Shown: piece by piece, positions 1 to 12,430 of the stretch
Position numbering within the stretch: the stretch's first letter is position 1
Layout of the letters: each line of letters begins with the position of its first letter
Assembly (NCBI RefSeq): GCF_009834535.1
Contig: NC_045697.1
Coordinates: 13,022,001 to 13,086,000, forward strand
Reading direction: 5' to 3'
From: Camelus ferus
Lineage: Eukaryota
Length of the DNA stretch: 64,000 bases
Made by a program: the position numbers and the translations under genes
Notes under the pieces: model-generated
Database searches by the model: none
Seen by the model: the letters and a program-made list of their open reading frames with translations, nothing else
Told to the model about the DNA's origin: nothing

Positions 1-1555
1 TTTTACTACTTGGTCAACAGGAACTGTTTGCTGCGTTTGGAGATTTTAGGTTTTATTTGTCCAGTGTAAAAGTTGGCACTGAATCCTCAGCTCGATTTGC
101 CACATGGGCTTCATGGGGAGATTCTGGGTGAAATGAAATACTCTGTGAAGATAATAATACTCTCATAATCTCTTCTTATTAAATTGTCAAGCATGGTGAC
201 AGTCTTTATTAACATCTGCTTTTACTTTTTTAGCAGTCAGCAATAAAACTTTCCTCTTGCCCCCAACACACACATATGAGTTGTTCATTATTTCTGTTTT
301 CTGATGGGAGGGATTTGCTTTGCTTAGACACACAAAGCATTATAAATATATATATCTCCTATACACAGCTCTTATCTCTATGTCATGGTGTAAACTGGTA
401 ACTGTTTTCCTTATAATCTTCTGTGTTTTCCAAAGAATTTTCACTTAATATACATTACTTACAGAGCTTTCTGTAGAGAGGATTCTTCAGAAGTTACACA
501 CGTTTATGCACATCCACTGCTGAACATTTCTCCGAATAGCAATGGATGATACTAAGATATTTTTGACAGTTGGCATAGATCGTCCCAAGGAGCTGAGAGT
601 GGATGGAAGCATTTGGGATCCAGAGGTGAAATAATTGGCATCCAAAAGCAGCACTAAAGATGTTTTCTTAGATACCCATGATTAGGAACATTTTTCCCCT
701 TCCTTTGCCTTCCAACTCATAGCAGGTTAATGGCATTGTCTCCATAGGGAAGCTTGTGCCTGCCATCTCAACAGTTGGAAGAATGAGCTTGATTTCCAAG
801 GGAAGCTGCACAGTAGTACCAAACATAAAGAGCCAGGAGCCCAGGAATGAGAAACAATTAAGGACCACTTGATTAATGCTTAATGATGCAGAGCAGGCAT
901 GCAGCAAAGCTGACTGTGTGTTCTGTCTTGGCCAGCGATGCTCACATAATGCCAGCGTGCTGCTGTAAATGTCTCTCTTCTATAGGCTGTGGATCAAAGA
1001 AAGCAGGAGATGAAATTATCTGGGGAATTTTGGTATGACATACTGGAGAAAAACCAGAAAATGAGCAGTGTGGATCGCACTGCCAATCTCAGTGCAGTTT
1101 GGGGAAGTTATATACTTTTCATATTTGGTTTCCTGAGCCTAATTCCTAATAGGCATTGTTAAATCCCACTGAGAATGTCTGTTCCCAAAAATGCATTAAG
1201 CATCTCAGTTGGAAGGTCCATAAAGCATTTTCCCGTGCTTTTTTCTCTATCATACTGCAGTGAAAAAGGCTTACGAATATACTGCACAGGTGCAAGTTGC
1301 AGCTGTTGAGGGTAAACTCTATTCTACTATATTAATTCATATCCCACCAGGGGAACTGGAGAATAGTTTAGTTCCCATAAAAAGGAAAAAAATTGTCTTC
1401 GTCAAAGAAGAAAGAAGTTTCTTATCCAGAGTGTAACATTGTTTCTGGCCAGAGGGGCTTTTATAAATACAACTTACTAATCTAGTCAAACGATCACAGA
1501 AATAAGGAGGAAACTCCTTGGCTTTAAAAATTATTATTTAAATTTATATGTATGT

Positions 1556-1633
1556 ACACACACACACACACACACACACATATATGTGTGTGTATGTGCA
1601 CACACATACAGTATGTGTACATATATAGTGTAC
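1556..1633. repeat. (CA)n followed by mixed TG/TA/CA alternating tract
   Basis: acacacac...tatatgtgtgtgtatgtgcacacacataca read directly. Confidence 0.9.
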
Positions 1634-1987
1634 TGATACATACATGCAAAACCCCCAGAAGCTACATTTTAGTAAATAAGTTTAGTGATCAAGGCTAAGT
1701 AAGCCAGACCCACATAATCAGAGCCTTTTATTGTGCTTAATTCCCGGGACAAAAAAGAATCAATGACAAAATATATGTTTTTATTACATATTCATTTCAA
1801 AAAGTAGATCATATATCAGGGCATCCTTGCCATAAAAATATGGCTTTATCGTCTTTATTTCCTATAGCTTCATGTATAGTTGTGTATGTTTATCACTGAT
1901 GTTCACAACCATGACCTCCAATGTATATATAAGCTTTGAACTATTAAATGAAGATTCACATATGCTCAGTCTGGTAAGAGAGGTGGG

Positions 1988-2130
1988 TAAAGAGGAAGGA
2001 AGGAAGAAAGGAATAAAAAAAGAAGGAAGGAAGAAGGAAAGAAAGAAGGGAAAAAGGGAGGAAGGAAATAAAAAAAAGGAAAAAAGGGAAGAGGAAAAGA
2101 AGGAGAGAGGGGAGGGAAAATGGAAAAGGA
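1988..2130. repeat. Purine-rich (GGAA/GAAA) low-complexity tract
   Basis: Near-pure A/G run; it explains the K/E/R-rich and F/L/S-rich ORFs at 1872-2397. Confidence 0.9.
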
Positions 2131-2950
2131 GTGGGCCCTTGGCACATTCTCCCTCCTAGACTTACTGGTTCCAAGGGTGATTTTTTTTTTTTTAACTTCT
2201 AGGAGCCTCAATTCCTTCAAAATGGGTAATAGTTCCTGACCTGCTTGTCTTTCAGAAGAGTCATAAGAATCCAATAAAATAATGATCAAAGATCCATTGT
2301 AATCTGTGAAGAAGCATGTAATCATAATACGCTCCTTGTAACTCACATCGCCCTGCGCTTTCATATTTTTATAAAATCTTCTTGGCTCTCCTATCATGTT
2401 TCAAAAGAAATCCCTTGTGTCTCCAAGATTTGTGTGATTTTTACATTTTCATGGTCACTTCCAGCTCTATGTTCCCCATGCTTACACTAAGCTCTCTAAC
2501 CTGTGGGCGCCATTGTATCTTGTGGCCATTCTCTTCTCTTACTTGACTCAGATTTTAGTTGAAATTTCTTGAGTTCATGAAACAGCAGTCACACAGGGCA
2601 GGTTTGCCACAGTAGTTGATGTTCAGAGCCTGTACATCCCTTGACCTTCCCTGTCAGGGAGAATTCTCACACTTCATGTTTCTCTGTCCATCTCCCCTAA
2701 GTCATCTCCTATTCCTCCTCTCCCTCTTCTCTCTTCCTATTTCTCAACCACTCCCAACTTAATGTTCATTTTTATAGAGCCATATATCTGTCACTGATTT
2801 CTTATCTTGTCTAAATAAGGGCATATGAGAAGATGAAGGGCATCTCAATTTAAACAGCCAACATAGCAAATAGAAAAAAGACCATGCATTCTAGAAAGAA
2901 GTGATGGCAGTCCATTTAGGGTAAGAAAACCGATTTAAAGTGCTGTTTTA

Positions 2951-3213
2951 AATCTTATGGTTACGGGGGAGAGGGAGTAGGAAGGGATAAATTTGGGAGT
3001 TTGAGATTTACAGATGCTAGCCACTATATATAAAAATAGATTTAAAACAGTTTCTTTTGTATAGCACAGGGAACTATGTTCAATATCTTATAATAACCTT
3101 TAAAGGAAAAGAATATGAAAATGAATGTATGTAGGTATATACATGACTGGGACATTGTGCTGTACACCAGAGATTAACACATTGTAATTGACTGTACTCA
3201 ATTAAAAAAAAAA
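2951..3213 (+). mobile_element. 5'-truncated L1 3'UTR end (camelid-like) with poly(A) and TSD
   Basis: atagcacagggaactatgttcaatatctt...catgactgggacattgtgctgtacaccagagattaacacattgtaattgactgtact then an A-tail; TSD taaagtgctgtttta (2936-2950) / tagagtactgtttta (3214-3228), 13/15. Confidence 0.9.
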
Positions 3214-4224
3214 TAGAGTACTGTTTTATATAATGTTTGCATTATTTTATTTTCACATTTACATTCCCAAGTATGTGGTACATACTTTCCCCCTACTAAA
3301 CCCATGGCAGACATTACTAAACAAACATGACCTTTTGTCTAGAATACAGAAATGACGTTAGATTCCTTGCGAATAGAAAGCTGCTGACCAACACTGCTAG
3401 ACTGTACCTTTTTCCATCCATGCCTTAGAATGTCTGTACCAAGCCAAGAGTGGGAAGCATTGCATTAAGTCTTTCAATAAGTAGGTACTTATATGTTGGA
3501 TCCTTTGATGTTTGCTCAGAATACACAGGCGACGGTTTCACAAAGATGACACTATAGTGGAGGAGACATCCATGCCAATAAAAAAGTGGAAGGAAATTTG
3601 ACAGGTTATATGATAGAAGTATGACTGAGGCTTTGTAAAGACACACAAGAAAGGGTGCTCAGTGTACAACTGAGCTTAGGAGAAAACTTCACGATGGAAT
3701 AAGCACTTTGTATCTGCCTTGCGAGTAAATGAAAGTTTAAAAGATGAATAAGTAAGAGGCCAGGAAAGGCATTCTAGGAAGGAGGAATAAATGGACAGTG
3801 TATACACACACACACATATTTATTACATGCATTCCATATGCATACGTAAATGCAATGATAGTGATTTTAGAAATAGGCATTTTACAAATAAAGTTTGAAC
3901 AGTATTTTTTTCTATTGACTGTCTCAAAATTATGTGGCAAGTATGATCACATCATATTCTTCTCAACGACAGCGGTTTTTCTGTATTGTTTGTTAATGCT
4001 TCTTTAGTGTCAATAAGAGTAATTGGCACAGAGAAAGTGCTTAATAAGTATCTGATTAATTTAATTGAGAGCTATATAAAGAAATAGCCCCTTTCTTTCT
4101 AAGCCCTATTCACCTAGTTCTTACACCACTCCAAAGGAAAACTATTTTGGGTTCTATGTATTTTCTCACAGAGCTTTTAGGCAGTCAAATGCAATGTATA
4201 ATGCTTTCTTTTTTTTCCTGTTTG

Positions 4225-4612
4225 ATTTTTTTGCCAACTTAATTAAGGTGTAATTGGCATACATTAAATGACACGTGTTTAACATGCATAATGTCATAAC
4301 TTCTGACTTATAAACACATCCATGAAACCATCCTCACAAGAGAGTGAAAATATCTATCACCTTCAAAAGCTTCCTTGCACCTCCTTGTAATTTCTCTCTC
4401 CTATGGTCCCTGCTACCCTACTTCGATCCCCAGGTGACCACTGATTGACTTTCACTCATTATAGATTAGTTTGTATTTTTCAGAATTTTATAAAAATGGA
4501 ATCATAAAATATGTAATATTTTTTGTCTGGCTTCTTCCACTCAGTGTAATTATTTTAAGCTTCATCCAAGGTGATACACGTTAATTTCTTTTAATTGCTG
4601 AATAGTGTCCTG
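4225..4612 (-). mobile_element. Old L1 3' end fragment (L1MB-like)
   Basis: catccatgaaaccatc...caggtgaccactgattgactttcactcattatagattagtttgtattttt...aatggaatcata...gtctggcttcttccactcag resembles the reverse complement of an L1MB 3'UTR. Confidence 0.8.
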
Positions 4613-4708
4613 TAGTCATGGAGGCCCATTTGCAGGTTTTAAGCAATTGGATGAAATTATCATTTTGTATGCATTAGATCCTAAATGAACTAAATCTAAT
4701 TCTTCCAC

Positions 4709-5475
4709 TGTTGCTGAAACTTGGCCTCTGTACCCCGCTTACTGAATTGAGACTTGAGGACAGAGTTCTGGATGAAGTAGAAAAGGTAGCTTTATTTCTT
4801 TGCCAGGCAAAGGAGATCACAGTGGGCTAATGGCTTCAAGACTGTGAGCCTGCTAAAAAGAGAAGGCAGGGGGTTTTATAGTAAAAGTTCAGGAGTTCAA
4901 GGGCAGAGCCAACGTCCATAGAGATCACATACAGGGTAACAAATCATGGCAAAGTTGTTCTTGCTTTTGCAGATGAAGCTGGTGCCCTTCCCTCTGTTGG
5001 ATATGAAGTGCACCTCCAGGTTTGAGACACTTCTAATTTTTCTGTGCTTGAAACAAAGGGGGCTTATGAAGAGGGTCTGTGGAGAGTTGCTCTAGAGAAA
5101 AATGTGTGCTGTTTAAAGTCAGGTTGACAAATGCATTTTAGGCAGGGTAAGACTTGAGACCTCTTGCTTCAGGCTGGGACCTACACCTTGTACAACAGAA
5201 TATAAATAAACCACAAAGGGTGAAAAAAAAAAACAAAACAGACATGCAGTCTGGCAAGTTAGGAAGAAAAAGATGAACAAAATACCCAACTGCCATTTCT
5301 GAGGTGTCAGGAGTAAAAGGAGGGGGATGGAAAGATCACCCAAGTTCCACCTTCTCCTCTCAGCCTAATCCTGGTCAGCAAAAGTACAAGGAAAAAACCC
5401 TTTAAACTATTATAAAGTTAAGCAGTTACAAATACCATATGGTCACCAGTAACAATGGGGTCCTGCTTGGTTATA
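4709..5475 (-). mobile_element. Solo ERV1-class LTR (cetartiodactyl-type)
   Basis: Starts TG (tgttgctgaaacttggc); gacagagttctggatgaagtagaaaaggtagctttatttctttgccaggcaaagg (poly(A)-signal-like motif on minus strand); ends ggggtcctgcttggttata. Family recalled from memory; TSD degenerate. Confidence 0.65.
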
Positions 5476-5749
5476 TTACTAGGTTAGTTTTCTACTACTC
5501 AGTGTGCTTCTTTATAAAAATATTCTTTTTTTTCTTTTTTTTTTTTTGCTCCATGAACTATTTTGGTTAAAGGTCTTTTATTTTTCCATATGCTAATCAT
5601 TATGCTTAGAAAAACATCCTCCCAACTGTTCATGTAATAAATACCCATTTACATTAGAGGCTTGGCATCTGAGTATCTCCTAAAACATTGTCTCTATCTA
5701 TAATGGGGATGTTCAAGTTCTCATTTGTGTTGCTTCAGGATTGTACTGT

Positions 5750-5920
5750 CATCTCTTTTAGCATTTATTGCACTCTATGCTAATTATTTGTCCTCATGTG
5801 TTTAATCTCCTACTAGAATCTGAGTTTCTTAAGGTCCATATCATCTCGTGATTACCACTTTCTATCCAAAATTTAGTTCGGTACCAGAACTATAATTGGT
5901 GTAAATATAATTTTGCTGAA
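5750..5920 (+). mobile_element. L2 3' end fragment
   Basis: tctcctactagaatctgagtttcttaagg...ttttgctgaa, typical L2 tail. Confidence 0.6.
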
Positions 5921-6337
5921 CCTGTATTGTGTTTGCAATAGGATTGACTTGAATGGAATAGAATTACTCAGTAATCTCTCTTCAACCTCTGGAATTAAAT
6001 GAAGAAGGCAATGAAGATGACTTTTAATAAATCATATCAAGGTAATATCCAGATGGATAGTGGCTCCCTCAATATACATTCTCAGGAAGGGAGGATAATG
6101 GTGAAATCTGGCCCCTCACAACTGGCAGACCAGTATCCTCTGGAATCATGACTATAGATATGGTGGATTGAAGGGACTCAAGTATTTCTCCTTAACTATA
6201 CATAGAAAGTTTCTTTTCTTTAGCTGTTATTAGCTCAGACGAGATTATTTGAGTAAATCTCAGGGAATAAATATTATAATTCTTCAAACAAGTATCTCAC
6301 CACACATTTAATCAATTTACAGAATACAGCCACTAAC

Positions 6338-6555
6338 TAATTGTTCTCAGGTCGGGGTGGTTCTGCACCACTAAGGAGCATTTAGTGATCAAGGGCTAAA
6401 TGCTTGATCTGGTGATGTTAACACTTTACTGGGGCGACAGGAATTTCAGGCATTGTAGATTGTAGGGATAAACATTCTGCAATGCTTGGGACAGTCTCTG
6501 CAAGGAAGAATTATCCTGCCCTAAATTTTAATGGCAGCCTGATTGTGAAACATGG
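6338..6555 (+). mobile_element. MER20-like hAT MITE
   Basis: ttgttctcaggtcggggtggttctgcacc...aaacattctgcaatgcttgggacagtc...gaagaattatcctgccctaaat...gtgaaacatgg. Confidence 0.65.
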
Positions 6556-7077
6556 ATATTACACAAATGGTGGGTAATTAGCATAAAATGCTTACGAAAG
6601 TATCTTGGCTCTGATTCTTTTCCATTCCCTGGTTCTGTTTCCAAAATGTATCCTTCTGGTCTCCCTGTAAATCCTTGTCTCAGAGGCTGATGTACTGGGT
6701 ACTTTCTTGTGTCAATAATCTTACATTAAATTCAGAAAACATTTCAGCTCTCTACACACAAGTTCTCCAAGTTCAATCTTGATGACAGTCTTCCTCACCA
6801 GTATTCCTTTTCTCAAGCTTTTAATGTTCTTATTTGTTATTGCAGAGACTTGGGAAGATGCTGGAATGACCCAAGTCTCCCAGTTCTGTGAATATACTGC
6901 CTAGGAATTTCTGTGCATTTCTTTCTCACAGAGCTGCAGCAATGATAAGGTTTTATAGGGCTCCAGAGATTTTGGCAAGAAAAGGAACTACTGAATTTTC
7001 TTAATTTTAGTATTTCATATTTACCCTGATAAAGTAGTGTTTCTTTTCCTGCCAAAATATTTTAAACAGCTATCACT

Positions 7078-7112
7078 ATCACTTCTCGGCCTTTTGGCTA
7101 AGATCATGTGTA
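7078..7112 (+). pseudogene. RNU2: 3'-truncated U2 snRNA retropseudogene (U2 nt 1-35)
   Basis: atcacttctcggccttttggctaagatcatgtgta vs U2 ATCGCTTCTCGGCCTTTTGGCTAAGATCAAGTGTA (33/35); TSD agctatcact at 7068-7077 and 7115-7124. Confidence 0.95.
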
Positions 7113-7334
7113 AAAGCTATCACTAAATTTATATTTGTCATAAAATAAGTTATGTTTGAGAATTAGAGAACTTCAATATATCAGGATCGAGTGCTGCTTA
7201 TAAGAACATTCCTTTTAACCTTACGACTTCGGATGCAGTGCCTTGGATGATCATCTAGAACAGATAGGATTCGAAGCTCTTCACATGGTGTTTGTAGAGA
7301 CTTTGCTGTTGAAAACATTTTTGAGTGGTAACAC

Positions 7335-7545
7335 CATGTGATAATTATGAGCATGGATTGTGTAGATGGAGAGATTTAGGTTCTAACTTCCAGCTCCAAG
7401 ATTTACCAGTTGTGTATCACCAAGTATCTGACATGTATGTATACATGTACGTACGTATATATGTATGTATGTATGTATGTGTCTGTCCAGGAGTTAGATC
7501 AGTGCCTGGTATGTATCAGGTATTCCATACTTGATAACTATTATT
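7335..7545 (+). mobile_element. MIR interrupted by a (TATG)n microsatellite
   Basis: gatttaggttctaacttccagctccaagatttaccagttgtg...agtgcctggtatgtatcagg...aactattatt. Confidence 0.65.
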
Positions 7546-8039
7546 TTACATAGGTTCTGGCCTCCCATCTTCCTTTTGCCAAGTGTACTTATGTAAGCAG
7601 AGGGTTTAGGCTGATTGACACACTGGGAGATCCCCCAGTGCTGTGTCTTTCCGCTTCTCCCCAGGCCCTGGCTCTACCTGTCCTCCTGGACCATTTATCA
7701 CCACAGGGAGCTCAGACAAATATATCTAATGCATGCAGTGGCAGCAGTCTCTACAGGAACCATCAGCCTGGAAATTTCTTCCTTCCCCTTGGCATCTTTT
7801 AGCTTCCTTCTCCCCAAGCCAACACACCAGCTGTACAAGTATAGACAGATTTATATACTGAAAGTTTGGGCCATGGTATTGAAAAAAAAAAAAAAACAAA
7901 AACAAAAAACAGTGAGGGATTTTGTGTACAGTGGAGATGGAATTCAGGAAAACCTCCAGCTTAGGCATGGATTCTTCCACTATGATTTTGTTTTTACTGG
8001 TCCTCAGATGGACTGGTTTCTTTATTACAGATGCCATAA

Positions 8040-8300
8040 CAAGTGATTTGTGGCCCAAATCCAGCCTGAAAAAAAAAGAAAGAGCTTGAACAAAAATTGA
8101 ATTACTGATAAGCATTCTTTTTAAGATTAGAAGTGCTGACGCAGAAGTCTGAAATTCCAGCTTATGCTTGGATATCAGGAGATCTGGCACGCATGGGCCT
8201 TATTTTCGCTCAACAACAATCAGCTATAGCTTAGCGGGGACTTCTGTGTTTTAATTAGCTATAATCCCCATAAAAGCCTATGGTTTTATATCAGGGATGT
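8040..8300. mobile_element. MER102-like hAT-Charlie fragment
   Basis: tggcccaaatccagcctg...aaattccagcttatgcttggatatcaggagatctggcacgcatgggcc...caacaatcagctatagctt. Confidence 0.55.
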
Positions 8301-8469
8301 TTCATTTATTTACACCATAATGTCTTCATTTATCTGCCTGCCTCTCTCCATAGAAGGTTACAGTGAATAGTCCAGACTAAAACCTGTTTTTGGAAAGGAA
8401 ATGTCTCTTAATTGGCAAAGTAACTCAGCTTTCCTCAGATCCAGTGCTCCCATCATCCATTGTGAAGAG

Positions 8470-8635
8470 CAGTATTTCTCAAGGTGCAGGACACACCTGC
8501 ATCAAAATATCTGGAATGCTTATTAAAATGCTGTTTCCTTGGCCCCTGCTAAACTGGGCCTGAGAATGAAGCTCAGAAATCTGAATGCGTAATAAATTGC
8601 TAAGATAACTGTACACTAAAATTAAAAGACTGCTG
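8470..8635. mobile_element. MER5-family MITE (MER5A1/MER5B-like)
   Basis: cagtatttctcaaggtg...acctgcatcaaaatatctggaatgcttattaaaatgc...gactgctg. Confidence 0.7.
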
Positions 8636-9001
8636 TCATCCCAAACCTTTGTAAAGCTGATTCTTCTGGACTAACATTAGCTTTAATGCGGGATCTGTTT
8701 TCTTGAAAAGGCTCTGGAATTAACTTCTTATCTTGTTGGGTTCTTTTTCTGGTGAAGGAACATTTCAAGGTCCTTAGGATAAATTATTATAGTTTTCTTT
8801 GCATCATGATCACCATTATAATTTTCATCATCATCTTTACTATAAAATGTACTCTGAATTGAGACACTCAGTCCTTTAGAAAAATTCCCTGTTCAGTCTG
8901 AGCTTTGAAAATTGCTGGTAGCACCAAGGATATACATGAGAACAGTCCCAGGGACCAAATAACACCCAGACTATACGTTTTAGTTTAGAAATACTTCAGT
9001 A

Positions 9002-9222
9002 CAGTGGTTCTCAGCTGGGAGCAGTACTGTCCCTCAGAAAATACCTGACAATATCTGGAAATATTTCTGATTGCTTCATATTAGGTAAGTGATGTTAGTG
9101 GCATTTGGTAGGTAGAGAAGCCAGGGATGCTGTTAAGCATCTTAAAATGCAGAAGAAAACTTCCCAAAGCAAAGAATTATCAAGCCCCCAAATCTCAAAA
9201 TTGTTGAGATTGGGAAATCCTG
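9002..9222 (+). mobile_element. MER20 hAT MITE
   Basis: cagtggttctcagctggg...ggcatttggtaggtagagaagccagggatgctgttaagcatc...aaagaattatcaagcccccaaat...tgggaaatcctg. Confidence 0.85.
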
Positions 9223-9434
9223 CTTTGGAATTTTCTTTCTGGATTGAAATGCACTAGATACCAAGAGTGTCTATTTTGGCTCATAGTTCCACTTCTGAGT
9301 GACAGCAGCAAGAAATTAGCCTGGTCCCTGGGATACAAGGGCACAGGAACTTAAGGAGGGGTTAGGACTGGTACCTAAAGTAGCTTCAGTGGTACTTTAT
9401 GACATAAAGTTTATAATCCAAACTCTGTAGTCTT

Positions 9435-9612
9435 GTGGTTCTCAATCAGCATACACCAGAACTGCCCAGAGGATTGTTAAAATAGATTTCTGAGTCTCAT
9501 CCCCAGGGTTTCCGAATGAGCGGGTTTGCAGTGTGGCCAAGAATTTGCATTTCTTACGTTCCCTGGAGATGCTGATGCTTCTGGTCTAGGGACCACACTT
9601 GGAGTTCCACCG
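9435..9612. mobile_element. MER5A MITE
   Basis: gtggttctcaa...gaatttgcatttcttacgttccctggagatgctgatgcttctggtctagggaccacactt. Confidence 0.85.
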
Positions 9613-10404
9613 TGTGTTACTTTCTGTCTGGTTCCAATCTGCCTTTGGAACCTCATTAATCATCACCAATCAAGCAATGGTAGAAAAGTCAGGTGGAAAT
9701 CCTCTTTGATTCCTGTTACATCTGCCATTTATTTATTTATGTGTTTGCTTATTTTTACATTGGTACCTTAATTCTGTTTATATTTTTCTCAGAATGGCCT
9801 TTATTGTCATGTTTCACAGCATCTCTTCCAGAGCCAAAGATAAACAAAACACAAATCAATGAGCAACGAACAAAAGAATCCCTGCCCTTCCCCTTTCACT
9901 GATCTAGTAACTATTGTACTGACTTAATAACTGATAGTAATTTTCTCTTCATTTGGTTAGAGGAAAATTGACATCCCACCATCTGAACAAAAACTAACTG
10001 AATACTATGAATTCCAATCTGCTAGTGTTATGCCTTTCTTGCTTCCTTTTTCTTTTTCACTCATTATTTCCCCCTAACTCCTGCTTTCTGCTCTTTGTTA
10101 TTTTTAAATTTTGTTTTATAACATTTTTATAAGCAGTTTAAATCCTTTGAAAAGCAGGGCAAGGTATAAATTATGCATAATACAGCCTTCAGGACCTGTT
10201 AAAATGCTATCACACACAGGAATTTCCCTGCTCTCACATTCTTAAAATAATAGTGTAATGATGCTCTGTTCTGAATTCTCATAGACTCTTATTTATGCCC
10301 CTTGTAGGTCATGATTTTTATGTTTTAATTTCTTAAATTATGCAGTATAACACAAGTCAAGACTCATAGCAATAGAACAAAAGCCCCTGGCCCACCTTCT
10401 AAAA

Positions 10405-11814
10405 TAGTAATCTGCTGTTACAAAAACTTTGGGACCATCCTTGACATGTGTCCTTGTCCCACAAGCAGGTGTTTCTCTAGGGCTGATTTTAATTGTATAG
10501 CTGACTAGAGCTGCCAGATTACAGGGTATGTGTATCACAGGGTTTGTGACATACTCTGGATTGTTTTCCAGAATGGTTGTACCACTTGCCACATCTTACA
10601 GTACTGGATGAGAGTTATTCTTTTCTTTAAAGCTTTAGCAATATTTTGATAGTGTTATATTTTCTTTAATTTTGCCAGTTCATCCAGAAACTGTTAAATA
10701 ATATTTCATTATGGTCTTAATTTGTCTTTCTGTGAATGAAATTGGAAATTGATTTATCTTTATTTTATTTTGCATTTATTATTTATTATTTAATTTTTTG
10801 CCTATCTTGTTTCTAACTGTGAAATAATTTTTCTTGCCTGGCAAACTTTTCAATTGGGTAATATGGCTTTTTCACATTGATTTATTTTTTAGGACTTCTT
10901 TATTAAATCTATGCAGTTAAATGCATTACAGATTTCTTAGTATCATGTTTTGATGAACAAAAGTTCTTAATTTTAATATAATTGAATTTCCCAATCTTTA
11001 CTCTTTTGATAAACTGGTTTTATGCTTTTTAGGAGAAACCTAGTTATAAAGATAGTCTTCTATATTTTTTAATAGTTTTGAAGTGTTTCTTTCTCATTTA
11101 AATTTTTACCCATTTGTACCTGTCATCTGTGGTATGTAGTAGGGATCTATCTACATTTATTTAACTAAAGAATAAATAATTATGTCAACATCACAGATTG
11201 GATGGTTTCTCCTTTTCTTCGTGATCTTCAATGTCATCTCTCATGTAGCAAGTTTCTATATATTAGTGGTTTTGTTTCTGAAATCTCCACTTTATTCCAT
11301 TGGTCAATTTGTCCATCTCTGTGCAAATACTACATATACTATAACTTTGAAATGCACAGATATTTGGCAGAGCATGTTTAAACATATTATTCTATTTCTT
11401 CTTACTTTTCTTACCCTTCAACTCTTTAACGTGTATTTAAAAGTATGTTGTTAAATTCCTGAAGAAGAAAAGAAACAATGAGGTTTTCATCAGAATTGCA
11501 TTAAATCTGTAAAAGAATTTGGAGAAAAATAACATCTTTATGATATTGAGCTTTCCTATCCATGTATATGGTATGTCTTCCCAATTGTTTTGACATTCTT
11601 TATGTTAGTTATCAAAATCATATATATTTTCCATAAATATATTATGCATATTTTGTTTATTGCTAAATAATTTATTTTGTTGCTATTATATTATCCTACT
11701 GTTATTATGTTGCTGTCTATTTCAGCTTGTCTTTAGATTGTTAAGTTGTTTCAATTTAATGTGAACAATTACATCATCTATAAATAATGAGTGCTTAGTT
11801 TTCTGCTTCTCCAT

Positions 11815-11856
<42 letters not shown>

Positions 11857-12430
11857 CTTTGTCTGTCTGACTACAATGAATATGTCCTGAGGATAATATT
11901 ATGTGGATACAGTGATAGTGACATACATGTCTTATTCCTGATGCTAGCAGTTTGGGAGAGAGTCTTCTACATTATTTTTTTTATCATTAAGAATGATATT
12001 TCCTCTACTTTTTTGTGGAGGAGGTAGAATGCATATACCATTAATAAGATTAAGGGAGTGCCAATCTAGTCTTAGTTTGGCAAGAGATTATGTTATAATG
12101 GATATTACATTGTATGAAATTATTTATTCTCATAATGTGTACACTTAAATGAAATATACATTTCTTATGTTAAACCACTTATATTCCTGGAATAAATCTA
12201 AGTTTTTGTGATAAATTATTATTTAGGACTGTATTATTAATAATAGTGTATTGTATTTGATACTCTTTTAGACTTGTGCATCTATGGTAGTGATATAGGC
12301 CTGTAAGTTTTAAATTTTCTGTACCATTGTTGTCTGTCTTTAGTTACACAGAATCAATTGGGTGGTGGAGAGATTTTTAAGTAAATATATTAATCTATTG
12401 CAAGAAGATTTGGCAGAAGTCACCTGAATT
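10405..12430 (-). mobile_element. Ancient L1 (L1ME-like) ORF2/3' remnant
   Basis: ttgttttccagaatggttgtacc; ttttgatgaacaaaagttcttaattttaat; gaattgcattaaatctgtaaaagaatttggagaaaaataacatctttatgatattgag; T-rich antisense L1 composition. Confidence 0.75.
11816..11856. repeat. (TCTA)n microsatellite
   Basis: About 10 tandem units read directly. Confidence 0.95.

Noticed and set aside
986..1032. Possible 47-bp exon (tctctcttctatag ... gtatga)
   Set aside because: Splice-like motifs are common by chance; no partner exons or coding signal; would need RNA-seq
7078..7112. Functional U2 snRNA gene
   Set aside because: Only 35 nt of U2 are present, with no Sm site or 3' stem-loops, and it is flanked by a TSD
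7615..8190. Overlapping 143-aa and 154-aa ORFs
   Set aside because: They cross an A-run and a MER102-like fragment, with no protein family resemblance
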